From the NCBI GenBank assembly GCA_027036135.1, contig JALVSY010000016.1, positions 32,001-96,000 on the forward strand: DNA of 64,000 nucleotides, written 5' to 3'. Shown here piece by piece: positions 1 through 10,553 of the stretch. This DNA comes from Pyrodictiaceae archaeon. Its GTDB lineage: Archaea; Thermoproteota; Thermoprotei_A; Sulfolobales; Pyrodictiaceae. Position 1 is the first letter of the stretch; every line of letters starts with the position of its first letter. The notes beneath the pieces are model-generated. The model made no database searches and was not told the DNA's origin. It was given only the letters and a program-made list of their open reading frames with translations. The position numbers were made by a program, and so were the translations under genes.

Positions 1-6
1 AAAGCG

Positions 7-453
7 ATGGAGGCTAGGAAGTACCTGCAAGAACTCACAGAGAAACGCGCCGAGCTTTATGGTCTGAGGCTCCAGATTAGGAGCATAGGCCAGGAGATAA
101 GGAGTGTTAGTGAGAAGATAAGCAAGCTTGATGAGAGAATTGGTGCACTACGTTCTCAGCTAGACGAAATTAGCCCACAAATAGATAACATAACTAAGCA
201 ACTTGAAGACTTATCAGCAAAGATAGAGGCGTTGCGAGAGGAGATAAATAGAAAGGTGCAGGAACTCAGAGAGCTTAGCGAGAGGCTCAAGGAGCTCCGG
301 CTCGGCCAGGAGAAGGAGAAAGCCCTTCAAATCTATGAGGAGAAGAAGCGTAGGATAGAGGAGAAACTAAAGAAGGGCGAGCCATTAACTCTTGAGGAAC
401 TGCGGCTGCTCTACGCTACGAGCCCTGATGAACTCGAGGAAGAATCAGAATGA
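7..453 (+). CDS. Archaeal coiled-coil protein (probably 5'-truncated by the window edge)
   Basis: Heptad-rich E/K/L sequence ending in GEPLTLEEL, typical of the archaeal coiled-coil family found upstream of DUF373. Confidence 0.6.
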   Translation: MEARKYLQELTEKRAELYGLRLQIRSIGQEIRSVSEKISKLDERIGALRSQLDEISPQIDNITKQLEDLSAKIEALREEINRKVQELRELSERLKELRLGQEKEKALQIYEEKKRRIEEKLKKGEPLTLEELRLLYATSPDELEEESE

Positions 454-1550
454 CTAAGAGAGTCCTGGTAGTAGCTATAGATATAGACAATGACCTTGGC
501 CGTGCAGGGATAAAGACACCCATAGTTGGTAGAGCCATGGTTCTAGAGGCGGCTACTCGTTTTGCTCTCTACGACCCTGAAGACTCTGATGCCAACGCTC
601 TTTTTGCAGCGGTAAAGATAGCTGATGAAATGAGGCTAAAGGGCTACGATGCAGAGCCAGCAGTAATTGCTGGTAGCGAGCTTGGCGGTGTTGACGCAGT
701 AATAGAGGCTCGTAATCAGCTTGAAAAACTAGTAGCAGAGTACAACCCAGACGGAGTAGTCGTCGTCACTGATGGCTCAGAGGACGAGTCACTTCTCCCA
801 GCTATATCCTCTATAGTACCCATAATCGCTGTTAGGCGAATAGTAGTAAAGCAGCATAGGGGTGTTGAGGAAACCTATATGCTCCTCATAAGATACATAC
901 AGAAGGCGCTAACGGAGCCTCGCTTCTCCCGCCTATTTCTCGGCGTACCCGGCATAGTACTCGTGGTGTTCTCCTCCCTAGCCCTCCTAGGCATGCTTCG
1001 CCAAGCAATTCTTGTCGGCCTCTTAATCGCGGGCCTGGCTATGATGGTTAGGGGCTTTGATATGGAAGAAAGAATAATACAGGCATTAACAGAGACACCA
1101 GTAACAATAGTGGCCTACTCTACAGCGGGTGTTACAGCACTAATAGCAATAGTGCTCATCGTGTCACAGCTGCATTCTCATACAACGTTGACTCCTCAGC
1201 TACTAGCAAGCCTTGTCCGCAACGTTACAAGCCTCATAGGCTTCTCCGCGAGCATAGCTATACTTGGTCACGCAGCTTCCAAGTTTGTTTCTGGCAAGCT
1301 CAAGCTCTATCGCGAAATAGTCGCCTTGACCCTCGTTATCGTGGCGGTAGTCCTACTGGATACGGTTGCCTCCGCTCTCCAGCAAATGGAGACCATGTCT
1401 ATATCAGAGTTCATGCAAGCCCTCGCGTCTAGCGGGTTCGGCCTCTACGCAATAGTATCAGTTGTTGTGGTAGCCGTGGTATGGAGAGGAGCCAAATCCC
1501 TCGAGAAGCTTATCGCCCAAACCTCCTCTCGCGCTTCTGATAAGAAATAA
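450..1550 (+). CDS. DUF373 family membrane protein
   Basis: N-terminal VLVVAIDIDNDLG...DPEDSDANA and DGSEDE motifs followed by several TM helices. Confidence 0.85.
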   Translation: MTKRVLVVAIDIDNDLGRAGIKTPIVGRAMVLEAATRFALYDPEDSDANALFAAVKIADEMRLKGYDAEPAVIAGSELGGVDAVIEARNQLEKLVAEYNPDGVVVVTDGSEDESLLPAISSIVPIIAVRRIVVKQHRGVEETYMLLIRYIQKALTEPRFSRLFLGVPGIVLVVFSSLALLGMLRQAILVGLLIAGLAMMVRGFDMEERIIQALTETPVTIVAYSTAGVTALIAIVLIVSQLHSHTTLTPQLLASLVRNVTSLIGFSASIAILGHAASKFVSGKLKLYREIVALTLVIVAVVLLDTVASALQQMETMSISEFMQALASSGFGLYAIVSVVVVAVVWRGAKSLEKLIAQTSSRASDKK

Positions 1551-2250
1551 TCGCGCGGTACAGCTCCGCCTCGTCGAAGTCTGGCCAAAGCTTCCTAGTG
1601 AAGTACAGCTCTGTGTATGCTACGTGGTATAGGAGGAACCCGCTGAGGCGTAGCTCTCCCCCGGTTCGTATCAAGAGGTCTGGCTCCGGGAGCCAGCCGA
1701 GGGGCATGAGCTTCCTGAACCCGTTCTCATCAATACCGTTCATCGCTCGTGTAGTGAGCAGCTTGTTAATAGTATCTATTATCTCCCATCTCCCACCGTA
1801 GCACGTCGCCACTGCTAGTATGTGGGGAGAGTTACTAGCAGTAACCTCGTTGATGTAGTTAATCCTATCAACGAGCCAGTCTGGTAGCAGCGAGAAATCC
1901 CCGACGAAGTATACACGTACACGCCCCTCCCTTACCCTCTTATCAGCGAGCAAGTCGTCAACAGCGTGCGACAACAGTTTATGAATAGCGGCTAGCTCGT
2001 CCCGGGGCCTCCTAGTACAATTCTCCCGGGAAAGCGCATAGAAAGTAACATAGTCAACCCCGAGATCCCAGAGATAATCAAGAGTCCTCCTAGCAACCTC
2101 ATAGCCCCTAAAATGCCCCATGTACACAGGTAACCCGTGCCGACGAGCCCAGCGCCTATTACCATCAGGTATAATAGCGACGTGAACCGGCAGCCTCCCC
2201 AGGTCTATTCTTCGCCTAAGCAGCTTCGTAGTGAAAATTCCTAGCACCAT
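1510..2250 (-). CDS. uppS: cis-prenyltransferase (undecaprenyl/polyprenyl diphosphate synthase)
   Basis: HVAIIPDGNRRWA, YALSREN, PDLLIRTGGELRLSGFL and RRFGR motifs. Confidence 0.95.
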   Translation of the reverse strand: MVLGIFTTKLLRRRIDLGRLPVHVAIIPDGNRRWARRHGLPVYMGHFRGYEVARRTLDYLWDLGVDYVTFYALSRENCTRRPRDELAAIHKLLSHAVDDLLADKRVREGRVRVYFVGDFSLLPDWLVDRINYINEVTASNSPHILAVATCYGGRWEIIDTINKLLTTRAMNGIDENGFRKLMPLGWLPEPDLLIRTGGELRLSGFLLYHVAYTELYFTRKLWPDFDEAELYRAIISYQKRERRFGR

Positions 2251-2409
2251 GGCTTCACCAAGTACTTCTCAGCAGCCTCCCCCCTGCAGCTCCTCGGTAG
2301 GTACTCTGTATAGCATTCTGGTAAATGTCTTATCTAGATGATATCCAGTGGCTATAGGCAAGTTTGGTTATGAACTCGCCTATTCACCTAAATTAAAAAT
2401 AGTGCTATC

Positions 2410-2856
2410 CTAGAGTGGTGGAACTGGTTGTTCAGCACCACATGCCTCGCATACCAGTACCCATGTTTTTCCTCTCTTCTCAAGCCTTGTATCCGGTGCT
2501 CCACATGTTGGACATATCACGTAGGTCTTTACGAATCTCTGTAACAGGTTATTGAGAGTAGCAGTTGATACCTTCACGTTAATGGTAAGCATGCCGTTTT
2601 CCTCGTCGTAGTTACCACTCGCGCCTAGCTCGCGTAGTAGATACCTCATTACTATTCTGGGATCGCGTCGCATAACATCTGCTATCTGCTTGAAGTTCCT
2701 TATGATAGTCTTGTTGCCAACACGCTCCACTATAAGCCTCGGTAGCTCAAATCGTGACGCCTTAGCTCCCCGTGCCGGTAAGCGCTCATAAAGACGCCTA
2801 AGCAAATAATCATAATCGTATAGGAGCTTTACCGCGTCGTCATGCTTAGCGCTCAT
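2410..2856 (-). CDS. eif2b: Translation initiation factor 2 beta subunit
   Basis: RFELP, KTIIRNF and a C-terminal CPTCGAPDT...CEACGA zinc ribbon. Confidence 0.95.
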   Translation of the reverse strand: MSAKHDDAVKLLYDYDYLLRRLYERLPARGAKASRFELPRLIVERVGNKTIIRNFKQIADVMRRDPRIVMRYLLRELGASGNYDEENGMLTINVKVSTATLNNLLQRFVKTYVICPTCGAPDTRLEKRGKTWVLVCEACGAEQPVPPL

Positions 2857-2930
2857 CTTTTGTCTCCCTCTTAGCTCTTCAAGACGCTTAAAGATTAATA
2901 TTTATAGATGGCTCACTCGCGCTCAGACTT

Positions 2931-3257
2931 ATGGCAGGAAGCATGTCCGAGGAACCAATGGTGTATATGAAGATCTATGAGACACAAGGAGAGAAGCTAA
3001 TAGCTATATGTGATAGTGACCTCTTAGGGAAAGTGTTCAGGAGTGGAAAGCTAGTACTCCATGTTGATAGGAACTTTTACGAGGGCATTCTGGTACCATT
3101 AAGTGTTGCTATGGAGCGGGCGGAGGAGGCAACAATACTGAACCTTGTAGGAGAGAATACTATAAATGCAGCTATTAGGAAGGGGCTAGTACACCCCGAT
3201 GCCGTGATAAGAGTTGAGGGAGTTCCTCATGCGCAGTCTGTAAGGATTCTTTACTAG
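2931..3257 (+). CDS. DUF424 family protein
   Basis: IAICDSDLLGK, NFYEG, NLVG and GVPHAQ motifs; usual neighbour of aIF-2beta. Confidence 0.85.
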   Translation: MAGSMSEEPMVYMKIYETQGEKLIAICDSDLLGKVFRSGKLVLHVDRNFYEGILVPLSVAMERAEEATILNLVGENTINAAIRKGLVHPDAVIRVEGVPHAQSVRILY

Positions 3258-3537
3258 GAACTCTGCTAGTGTTTACGCTCTTGCCATACAATATATTAAG
3301 TGGGTTCTGGCCGTACCATTCGCTATAAAGGGTCTCTCTTAGTACCTTTTCTACAAAAACAGCTCGCTGATGCCCGAGGCCGAGTACATGTTCTATGTAT
3401 TCGTGCATGAAGCTCTCGTCCAGGAACCATTCTACTTCGTCCTCTATTTGAATCCATCTAATATTAATGAATATTTTATTCTTCTTGAACCATGCTGCTG
3501 CATCATCGTCCTTTGCTACTATTATTACATCGGCCAA
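3175..3537 (-). CDS. Hypothetical protein
   Basis: 120-aa ATG ORF with protein-like composition filling an otherwise empty gap; no family recognised. Confidence 0.45.
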   Translation of the reverse strand: MADVIIVAKDDDAAAWFKKNKIFINIRWIQIEDEVEWFLDESFMHEYIEHVLGLGHQRAVFVEKVLRETLYSEWYGQNPLNILYGKSVNTSRVPSKESLQTAHEELPQLLSRHRGVLAPS

Positions 3538-3878
3538 GCCTGGCCACCACGCAGTATCCTATACATATCCGGGGGTTTAAAACACATTTAGGAACAATTG
3601 TCTGGAAATAGATTTGTAAATTAAGTTGGGGTTTACCATAGTTTAGGTGAGTCGCGTAGCCCTAGTAGCGCCCAGCCTGGCCGAAATCACTTCTATCAAG
3701 GGTAGTACCTAGTCCAACGAGTAGCTTGCCCTGGCTCGGAAATACTAAGAAGAAACATCCCGGATCTTTTCTCTCCATTCGTGCCTTGTTTAAGACAAAT
3801 CTAGTGCTTCAGGGACTGTTTGTATACAAGGCTATTTCTACCCGAGACCGCACAAGAATACTATCCTGGAGATAATCT

Positions 3879-4645
3879 TTGGCTGGGATAGTATATGAGG
3901 AGAGTCTTGATGGATTAACCCTAATGGAGTACATTGAATTCGAGCTACGTAAGCCAAGCTTCTTCGTCCTGGGCTTGCCAGATACTGGGCTAGTAGGTGT
4001 AATATCTGCGAATCATATCGTTGAGAGCATGGGGCTAAAGGAGGTTGCTGGTATAGATATCGAGGCGCTTATGCCACCTGTGGCTGTTATATCGAAGGGC
4101 GAGGTTCGGCCCCCCTCCGAATCTATGCTAAGGACAATATAATGGCACTTACAGCTGAAACACCAGTACCAGCGAGCGTTATCCCACTCTTAGCCAGGCT
4201 ACTAATAGACTATGCTATACGTAAGGGTGTAGACTACATAGTATCCATAGTCGGGATAGCATCGCCGAACAGGATAAACATGGATAAGCCACATGTATAC
4301 TGGATAGCAAGCAATGAAAAAGCAAAGGAACTGGCCTCTAAACTAGGCATAGAGGTGTTCAGTAGCGGATACCTTGTAGGACCTTATGCACTCATACTAA
4401 AGCAGGCCATAAGGAAAAGAGTCACTAACCTGGTACTATTAGCGGATGCCTATGTAGAGTTCCCAGATCCAGAAGCAGCAGCCAGCGTATTAACAGTACT
4501 GTCAAAAGCGATCGGCACTGAGATCGATGTTAAGAAACTGCTTGAACAAGCAGAGATGATCCGCGTAAGAATGAGAGGACTCATGAAGAAGACTAAAGAA
4601 GCTATGGCTGAGATGGGTGGGCCAAGTCCAGTTCTTTACGCATAA
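3879..4645 (+). CDS. Proteasome assembly chaperone (PAC2 family), split by a 1-nt frameshift at C6 4110-4115
   Basis: GLPDTGLVG in ORF1 and FPDPEAAA...IDVKKLLEQAE in ORF2; adding one C restores GEVRPPLRIYAKDNIMAL. Confidence 0.85.
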
Positions 4646-4668
4646 GCAGTTAGCTGGGGTGTGTCGCT

Positions 4669-5088
4669 ATGAGCTTCGAGGAGATTAAGAAAAGAATAGA
4701 GAGGATACACAAGAGGATAATGGAGGAGATAGAGAGGAGTTTCGAAGAAGCAACGAGTATGAGCTTATTCCAGCAGGGAAGCATGAAGCCCCTCTATACA
4801 ATATACCAGCGCCCCGATGCCTATGTAGTACTAGTTGACCTAGCAGGAGCCGATACTTCATCACTTGAGGTAAAAGCTACAGAGAATAAGCTCATCATAA
4901 GAGCCTCTCTTGAGAAGGAGGTAAGATTCAGCGATATCTACGGAACCGTGGTTGGAGAAGACATAGTATTTCATGAATACGAGCACGAGATTCCATTACC
5001 GCCTGACGCCGACCCGTCTAACATAAAGTACAATATCAGGCCGAACAAAATAGTTGAGATAATTATTCCGCGGAAAAGATCATCTTGA
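4669..5088 (+). CDS. Small heat-shock protein (Hsp20/alpha-crystallin)
   Basis: YVVLVDLAG, IPLPPDADP and IVEIIIPR alpha-crystallin pattern. Confidence 0.85.
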   Translation: MSFEEIKKRIERIHKRIMEEIERSFEEATSMSLFQQGSMKPLYTIYQRPDAYVVLVDLAGADTSSLEVKATENKLIIRASLEKEVRFSDIYGTVVGEDIVFHEYEHEIPLPPDADPSNIKYNIRPNKIVEIIIPRKRSS

Positions 5089-5143
5089 ACCGCTAAGATT
5101 TTTACACTATTCCTAATCTTTTCGCGGACTGGGGAGACAAGCC

Positions 5144-5302
5144 GTGACAACCTATGAAGGCCTAGTTGAACGCGATGAGAAAGGCTATTTGATACGCCTA
5201 CCAGATGAGCTGGTAGCTAATATTCGGTGGCGTGAAGGAGACAAGGTAAAAATAGAGATGAGCGAGTGGCGTGGAAGATTAGTAATAGTTGTGTATAAGT
5301 AA
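5144..5302 (+). CDS. AbrB/MazE/SpoVT-family small DNA-binding protein (52 aa, not in ORF track)
   Basis: Hand translation MTTYEGLVERDEKGYLIRLPDELVANIRWREGDKVKIEMSEWRGRLVIVVYK; GGGGAG SD upstream of the GTG. Confidence 0.8.
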   Translation: MTTYEGLVERDEKGYLIRLPDELVANIRWREGDKVKIEMSEWRGRLVIVVYK

Positions 5303-5338
5303 GTACCTAGCTATGCCACAAGTGTTTTTAGTAACAAG

Positions 5339-5770
5339 CTATTTCTCTTCATCACTTAGGTTCCAGGGCTTTCCTTCTCGTAGTATTTTCTCGGGTAGCT
5401 TATCCTGGTATCTTCTAAGGAATTTGAGATCTTCTTCCTTCTTCCGTAGATTATCAGGTAGCATTCGTGGTATCTCATCTATTATGGGGTACCATCTTTT
5501 GCAATTTGGGCAGTAGAGTACGCCAGTAACTACTTCTACCTTTAAGCACTCCTCGCAGGGAGTATTGCCGTCTACCTCTTCTATTTTCTTTCCTATGGGT
5601 GTTTGCAAACGATAACAATAGAGCTCGCAGAGGGGCGGCTTATACTTTTTCAGCAGCTCCTTAATCTGTTCCTCCCGCTCTGGATACACTCTTTCCTCGA
5701 TAACGTATAGCTCCAAGGGGAAATGCTTACACATGGGGCACGCCGCCAGATCCATGAACCGGTACTTCAT
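5339..5770 (-). CDS. trm112: Trm112-family methyltransferase activator
   Basis: [10 protein letters not shown]...[23 protein letters not shown]. Confidence 0.9.
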   Translation of the reverse strand: MKYRFMDLAACPMCKHFPLELYVIEERVYPEREEQIKELLKKYKPPLCELYCYRLQTPIGKKIEEVDGNTPCEECLKVEVVTGVLYCPNCKRWYPIIDEIPRMLPDNLRKKEEDLKFLRRYQDKLPEKILREGKPWNLSDEEK

Positions 5771-7164
5771 GCCGTACCCAGCCTCCGAGCCTTCTCAGCC
5801 AGCTCCTCGGCTAATTGTCTAGCTTTCTCCGGGGTCCTTGCCTCAACCATTATTCTAAGCACGGGTTCTGTACCGCTTGGCCTCACTAGGAACCAGTAGT
5901 CCTCCTCGTCGACGCGGATACCGTCAACTGTTACTACTCGTGCGCCCCTTGATTTATACTCGTTTATTAATGCCTTTACTACCTCTAGCGCCTTATTCCT
6001 AGGCATAGGTATCTTCGTCTTAACTGCATAGTATCTCGGGAGCTCGTTGAATAGTTCTGATGCAGTCTTCTTCTCACGGGCCATCATCTCAAGGAAAAGC
6101 GCGAGCGTCATGCCGCCATCGCGTGCCAGGAGGTGAGGAGGATATAGGAATCCACCATTCTCCTCAAACCCGGCAATGCCGCCATTCTCGAGCAGGCTAT
6201 AGGCTATGTTTATCGAGCCTACGGGGGTCCAACGAACCTCTACGCCAGCTTCTCTTAGATACTCTTCTACTAGCCGGCTACTAGAAACCGCTGTGTATAT
6301 AACTCTAGGCACATTTTGTGTCAGTTTGTGCTCAGCTATATACCTTGAGAGCAACGCTCCTGTACGATCCCCCCACCATACCTCGCCTTTCTCATCAATG
6401 AAGATGGCTCTGTCCCCGTCGCCGTCGTGTCCGACTCCTAGGTCTAGACCTAGCGCTTTAACCACGTTAGCTGCTTCTTTTAGCGAGCTAGGTGTAGGCT
6501 CGGGCTCTCGATAGGGCTGTGTCGATATGTTACAAGCCAGTGTGTAAGCTTTGACTCCGAGGATTCTTAGAATCTCTGGCGTTGTAAGTGAGGCGACGTT
6601 ATTGGTGCAGTCAACTAGTACGCGGAAGCCGCGAGAACGTATAAGGTTCTTATCAACTTTCTCAATTACTCCACGAATATAAGTGCCTAGTACCTCGTCG
6701 TCTATGCGTACTTTGTCGCGTATCCTTGTCCAAGGTGTTAGGCGGAAGCGTTCCTCGAAATATATTTGCTCAATCTTCTTCTCGGTCTCTCTATCAATCT
6801 CTATGCCCAGAGAACTTATCACCTTTATACCATTGTACTCCGGTGGATTATGGCTAGCAGTAACAATGACGCCAACATCGTAGCCACGTTCCTTTACAGC
6901 ATATTGTATAGCAGGAGTCGGTGCATACCCCTCTACCCCGGCCTTATAGACCTCAGCGCCGCCGGAGAGGAGACCAGCTATTACCGCGTTCATTATCATC
7001 TCGCCACCAGCCCTTCCATCGCGGCCTACTAGTACGCGAATACCCTCGCCATACTGTGAGGCGATTGCCATGCCTAACTTAAGGGCTAGAGTTGGTGTAA
7101 GCTCCTTGTTTAATATCCCGCGTACCCCGTCGGTTCCAAATAGCTTACCCAAGGATATATGCAC
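5767..7164 (-). CDS. glmM: Phosphoglucosamine mutase / phosphomannomutase
   Basis: [21 protein letters not shown] and RPSGTEP motifs. Confidence 0.9.
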   Translation of the reverse strand: MHISLGKLFGTDGVRGILNKELTPTLALKLGMAIASQYGEGIRVLVGRDGRAGGEMIMNAVIAGLLSGGAEVYKAGVEGYAPTPAIQYAVKERGYDVGVIVTASHNPPEYNGIKVISSLGIEIDRETEKKIEQIYFEERFRLTPWTRIRDKVRIDDEVLGTYIRGVIEKVDKNLIRSRGFRVLVDCTNNVASLTTPEILRILGVKAYTLACNISTQPYREPEPTPSSLKEAANVVKALGLDLGVGHDGDGDRAIFIDEKGEVWWGDRTGALLSRYIAEHKLTQNVPRVIYTAVSSSRLVEEYLREAGVEVRWTPVGSINIAYSLLENGGIAGFEENGGFLYPPHLLARDGGMTLALFLEMMAREKKTASELFNELPRYYAVKTKIPMPRNKALEVVKALINEYKSRGARVVTVDGIRVDEEDYWFLVRPSGTEPVLRIMVEARTPEKARQLAEELAEKARRLGTA

Positions 7165-7172
7165 CCAGGTAG

Positions 7173-8306
7173 ATGTTTAGTAGACCAGCCACCTATACTT
7201 GGAAATACTGCTGTAAAGTAAAAGAGTTCCCCTTCACCCTCTCTATGGCTCTATCTTGGCGAGCATTGTTGGGGTTCCTCGAGAACATCTATGGGCGTAG
7301 TCCCCGCTGTGTACTAGTATTATCAACTGGTGGCGGAGGGGATGTAGCAACAGCTCTTCTCTATGCGAGGATGGCTTCCTTGGAGAATGCTAGGGCAGTG
7401 ATACTGGCTCTCCCCTGGGAGCGATATGTTAAGGATCCTTGTCCCGGGCCAATCGAGTTCAACTCATTAATAGGAGTAGAGATGCTGAGCTACACCGCGC
7501 TGGCTAGGTATGAGTGCTTAGCGGAGCGCTGCGCACGAGTCTTTACGCCAACCGTGTGCAAGGCAGCTAGGCTCAGCGCTGCGGCAATTCCCGTCTATAT
7601 ACTCGATGGCTGGGGCGGCGAACTCGGTATACGTAGGGGTATAGAAGAGGTAGCCGGTATCCATGGATGTGAAGCAATACTAGCAGTTGATGTTGGAGGA
7701 GACGTACTAGCCCAGGGATGCGAGGAGAACCTATGGAGTCCTCTTGGCGATTCCCTAGGTCTTGCAGCAGCCGTGAGTACAGGGCTTGATACCAAGCTCT
7801 TGGTTCAAGGTCTTGGCGCTGATGGGGAGCTTAGTGAGGAAGAACTCTTACGTATAATAGCTGGCTTAGCACGGCGAGGTGCACTTGTATGGAGTAGGGG
7901 TATTAATAGAAAGGAGCTACAAGTGCTAGAAGAGATAACGAGTTATATCCATACAGAAGCTGGGCGAATACCTATTCTAGGCTTTCGTGGCTACTTCGGT
8001 GAGCACCGTATACGCGGCGGTACTCGTAGTGTTAGCGTGGATATCTATAAGACATGTGCAGTTATACTTGAGGCCGAGCCTGTCTACGAGCTCTCTTTAC
8101 CAGCACGCTTGGTTAGAAATACTGCTAGTCTTGAGGAAGCGCATCGTCGTCTAAACGATGCAGGCATATATACAGAGCTAGACCTCGAAATCGACCTGCA
8201 CAAGATAATAGAGCTTGACGAGCTATCTCCAGGCAAGGTAATAGAGGTAAGAAGGAATGGTAGAGCTAGGCTACCCCCGTGCAAGAATACTATTAACAAA
8301 CGATGA
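7173..8306 (+). CDS. DUF1152 family protein (true start probably slightly downstream)
   Basis: GGGGDV, VDVGGDVLA, LWSPLGD and GADGEL motifs. Confidence 0.8.
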   Translation: MFSRPATYTWKYCCKVKEFPFTLSMALSWRALLGFLENIYGRSPRCVLVLSTGGGGDVATALLYARMASLENARAVILALPWERYVKDPCPGPIEFNSLIGVEMLSYTALARYECLAERCARVFTPTVCKAARLSAAAIPVYILDGWGGELGIRRGIEEVAGIHGCEAILAVDVGGDVLAQGCEENLWSPLGDSLGLAAAVSTGLDTKLLVQGLGADGELSEEELLRIIAGLARRGALVWSRGINRKELQVLEEITSYIHTEAGRIPILGFRGYFGEHRIRGGTRSVSVDIYKTCAVILEAEPVYELSLPARLVRNTASLEEAHRRLNDAGIYTELDLEIDLHKIIELDELSPGKVIEVRRNGRARLPPCKNTINKR

Positions 8307-9084
8307 TGGAGCTGATAGCCCGGGGCTCCGCCTACTATACGAGGCTGTGCATGATCTAGGAGAAGTAAAGATAATTGTGCCCGAGGCCTCGCGGAGCGCT
8401 TGTGGACATGGAATGACGCTTCATAAACCCATCAGAGCGAGACGAGTAACTCTTTGGGGAAACATAGATGCGCTAGTAATTGATGGCTTACCAGCCGATG
8501 TGGTCTACATAGCGCTCAGCGAGAGCAAACCTAGCATAGTTCTTTCGGGAGTAAATATGGGGGATAATACTAGCCTGCAATCCATACTAGCGTCGGCAAC
8601 AATAGGTGCTATTATACATGCAGCGCTGAACGATGTCCCTGGGATAGCATTCTCGGCAGACACCAGGAGCGTGGAAGATTTTGAACTACTCGTGAAGAAC
8701 CATGGCAATTTCATTAAGAAGATTATACGTGGCTTAGTAAGCCTCGTGTTCAGTAAGGAGTTACCTCACCAAGTTAAAGCTCTCAGCGTTAACTTTCCAC
8801 GCTCTATAAGAGCAAGAGAGATAGCTATTGCTAGGCCAGCGAAGCTACGCTTCAAGCAACTAGCTAAGCCCGTAAAAAGTACAAATAATGAAACTTATTA
8901 CAGGATAATCGGTATTCCAGTTAGCACTCAGGGAGACAATGATGTGGCAACGCTTCTCGAAGGAAGAGTAGTTATTACACCAATCTGTATAGAGAGCTTA
9001 TTCTTCTGTGACTCCAATCTATACATGCATTTAGTCAAACTGATCAGAGACCGTGCTCTCTCAACGAGCCAAGTCTTTAACTAG
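8257..9084 (+). CDS. surE: 5'/3'-nucleotidase SurE
   Basis: ILLTNDDG, GLPAD and SGVNMGDN motifs. Confidence 0.92.
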   Translation: MVELGYPRARILLTNDDGADSPGLRLLYEAVHDLGEVKIIVPEASRSACGHGMTLHKPIRARRVTLWGNIDALVIDGLPADVVYIALSESKPSIVLSGVNMGDNTSLQSILASATIGAIIHAALNDVPGIAFSADTRSVEDFELLVKNHGNFIKKIIRGLVSLVFSKELPHQVKALSVNFPRSIRAREIAIARPAKLRFKQLAKPVKSTNNETYYRIIGIPVSTQGDNDVATLLEGRVVITPICIESLFFCDSNLYMHLVKLIRDRALSTSQVFN

Positions 9085-9103
9085 GAGCGATGCGGTCAAT
9101 GAT

Positions 9104-9183
9104 TACTAGGGGTGGTGGCCCGGCGGACGAGATGAGCCCCGGTCTCGGGGCGATATGGCGCCGGGTCCGACCTCGGGTACACA
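9104..9183 (+). ncRNA. Candidate structured sRNA (H/ACA-like hairpin with kink-turn-like GA/GA pair and 3' ACA)
   Basis: Intergenic GC-rich nested stems TACTAGGGGT/ACCTCGGGTA, GGCCCGGCG/CGCCGGGTC and GA-GCCCC/GGGGC-GA, followed by ACA. Confidence 0.5.
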
Positions 9184-9227
9184 TCCGGTCTCAGTTAACA
9201 AGGGAAGATCCCCGAGGAGCATGATTA

Positions 9228-9443
9228 TTGTCGCGTTGCTCTATAATTGCTAAGGATATAAGGATACTAAAGCAGCTCGATCTAGATGAATGTAGCGACG
9301 TCTGCCCAGTGGAGGCGCTAATAGTGACTAGTGATGGCGTCAGAGCCGAGCCGTCAAGGTGTCTTGTCTGCCTAGCTTGTATGGCTCTCTGCGGCCCCGA
9401 TAAAGTTATGATTATTAGTGACTGGGTATGTACAGAATCGTGA
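9228..9443 (+). CDS. Small 4Fe-4S ferredoxin-like protein
   Basis: CSDVCP and CLVCLACMALC cysteine motifs. Confidence 0.75.
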   Translation: MSRCSIIAKDIRILKQLDLDECSDVCPVEALIVTSDGVRAEPSRCLVCLACMALCGPDKVMIISDWVCTES

Positions 9444-10512
9444 AACAAAAGAGTGCCTTCTCGGCTCATTAACAATGATCGCGGTTGCGAGGAGCGAGGC
9501 ACGTATGGGTATAGCCACTCTCTTTGTTGACGTATACATAGTTAATAGTAACGGTAGCATAATCGGGCCTGGCTACGTAAGGGTATCAGATGGTGTTATC
9601 AGTCATATCGGTATTGGCGAGCCACCGGAGGAGGCGCAACTAGCCGAGCTTGTCCTAGGCGGTCGCGGGAGATTACTTTATCCTGGTTTTGGCGCGGCCC
9701 TTGTCTATCCCGAAACTTATATACTCAGAGACTATATAAATGGGGATGGCCTGCCTGATAAGAGTATACTAGAATGCATTAAGGAGATGAATGAAGAAGA
9801 GGCTTACTATTCATCACTTATGGCTTTCTATGAGATGAGTCTAGCCGGGTATACACGAGTAACTGCGCTAAGTCCTCACCCGAGTGCCGTGGCGCGTGCT
9901 CTAAAGGAAGCTGGGCTGGTTGGCGCAGTCCTAGCACTAGTAGAGGATGCTAGCAAGCTGAAAGACTTTTCAGGGCTAAAGCGGGACATGGGTAACGAGG
10001 TTGTCCTCGGAGCTGCTATCACTAGGCCAGTGTCTAGCGAGGTTCTCATAGAGGGCATTAGGTGCATAGTAGAAGATAAGTGTAATATTTATTGTAATGA
10101 CAGAATCATAGTGCCTTTTGGATGCGAGGGAGAAGGTATTATTGCACCCGTTTACCCTTTTGTTACACCCTCGCAAATTATGCAAAAATATCGTGCCCAG
10201 GGCCTCTTGTCACTAATCAGGGACGCGCATAGACTAATTAGTAAGGATTATGCTCCCCTAGACAAGGGAGCAAGGGCACATATAGCTGTCTACGATGTAA
10301 GTGAGCCTCCCTCCTGGATAGGGCCCTTAGAACTAGCATCGCCCTACATGTTGACCCCACTTGCAAGAGCCGAGACACTGGTATCTGAGGGCCGGTTAGT
10401 AATTGATGGTGGTGAACACTTATTCCTCGGCCCGGAGGCTTCTGAGAAAGCAATGGAGGTTCTTGGGGATGTGAGGCGCAGGTGTAGTAAGCGTTTGAAC
10501 AAGGTTTGGTGA
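9418..10512 (+). CDS. Amidohydrolase-fold protein (MTA/SAH-deaminase-like) lacking metal ligands
   Basis: N-terminal beta-sandwich (GYVRVSDGVISHIG...GRGRLLYPGF) and C-terminal LDKGARAHIAVYD...SEGRLVIDGG, but HxH is replaced by AALVY. Confidence 0.7.
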   Translation: MTGYVQNRETKECLLGSLTMIAVARSEARMGIATLFVDVYIVNSNGSIIGPGYVRVSDGVISHIGIGEPPEEAQLAELVLGGRGRLLYPGFGAALVYPETYILRDYINGDGLPDKSILECIKEMNEEEAYYSSLMAFYEMSLAGYTRVTALSPHPSAVARALKEAGLVGAVLALVEDASKLKDFSGLKRDMGNEVVLGAAITRPVSSEVLIEGIRCIVEDKCNIYCNDRIIVPFGCEGEGIIAPVYPFVTPSQIMQKYRAQGLLSLIRDAHRLISKDYAPLDKGARAHIAVYDVSEPPSWIGPLELASPYMLTPLARAETLVSEGRLVIDGGEHLFLGPEASEKAMEVLGDVRRRCSKRLNKVW

Positions 10513-10553
10513 AGCGGTCTTATTAAAAATAATAGGCGGTCCGGGGGCGGTTC

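Noticed and set aside
3600-3870. Intergenic gap checked for a small ribosomal protein or sRNA
   Set aside because: Only short unrecognisable ORFs (for example 38 aa on the minus strand) and no clear box motifs
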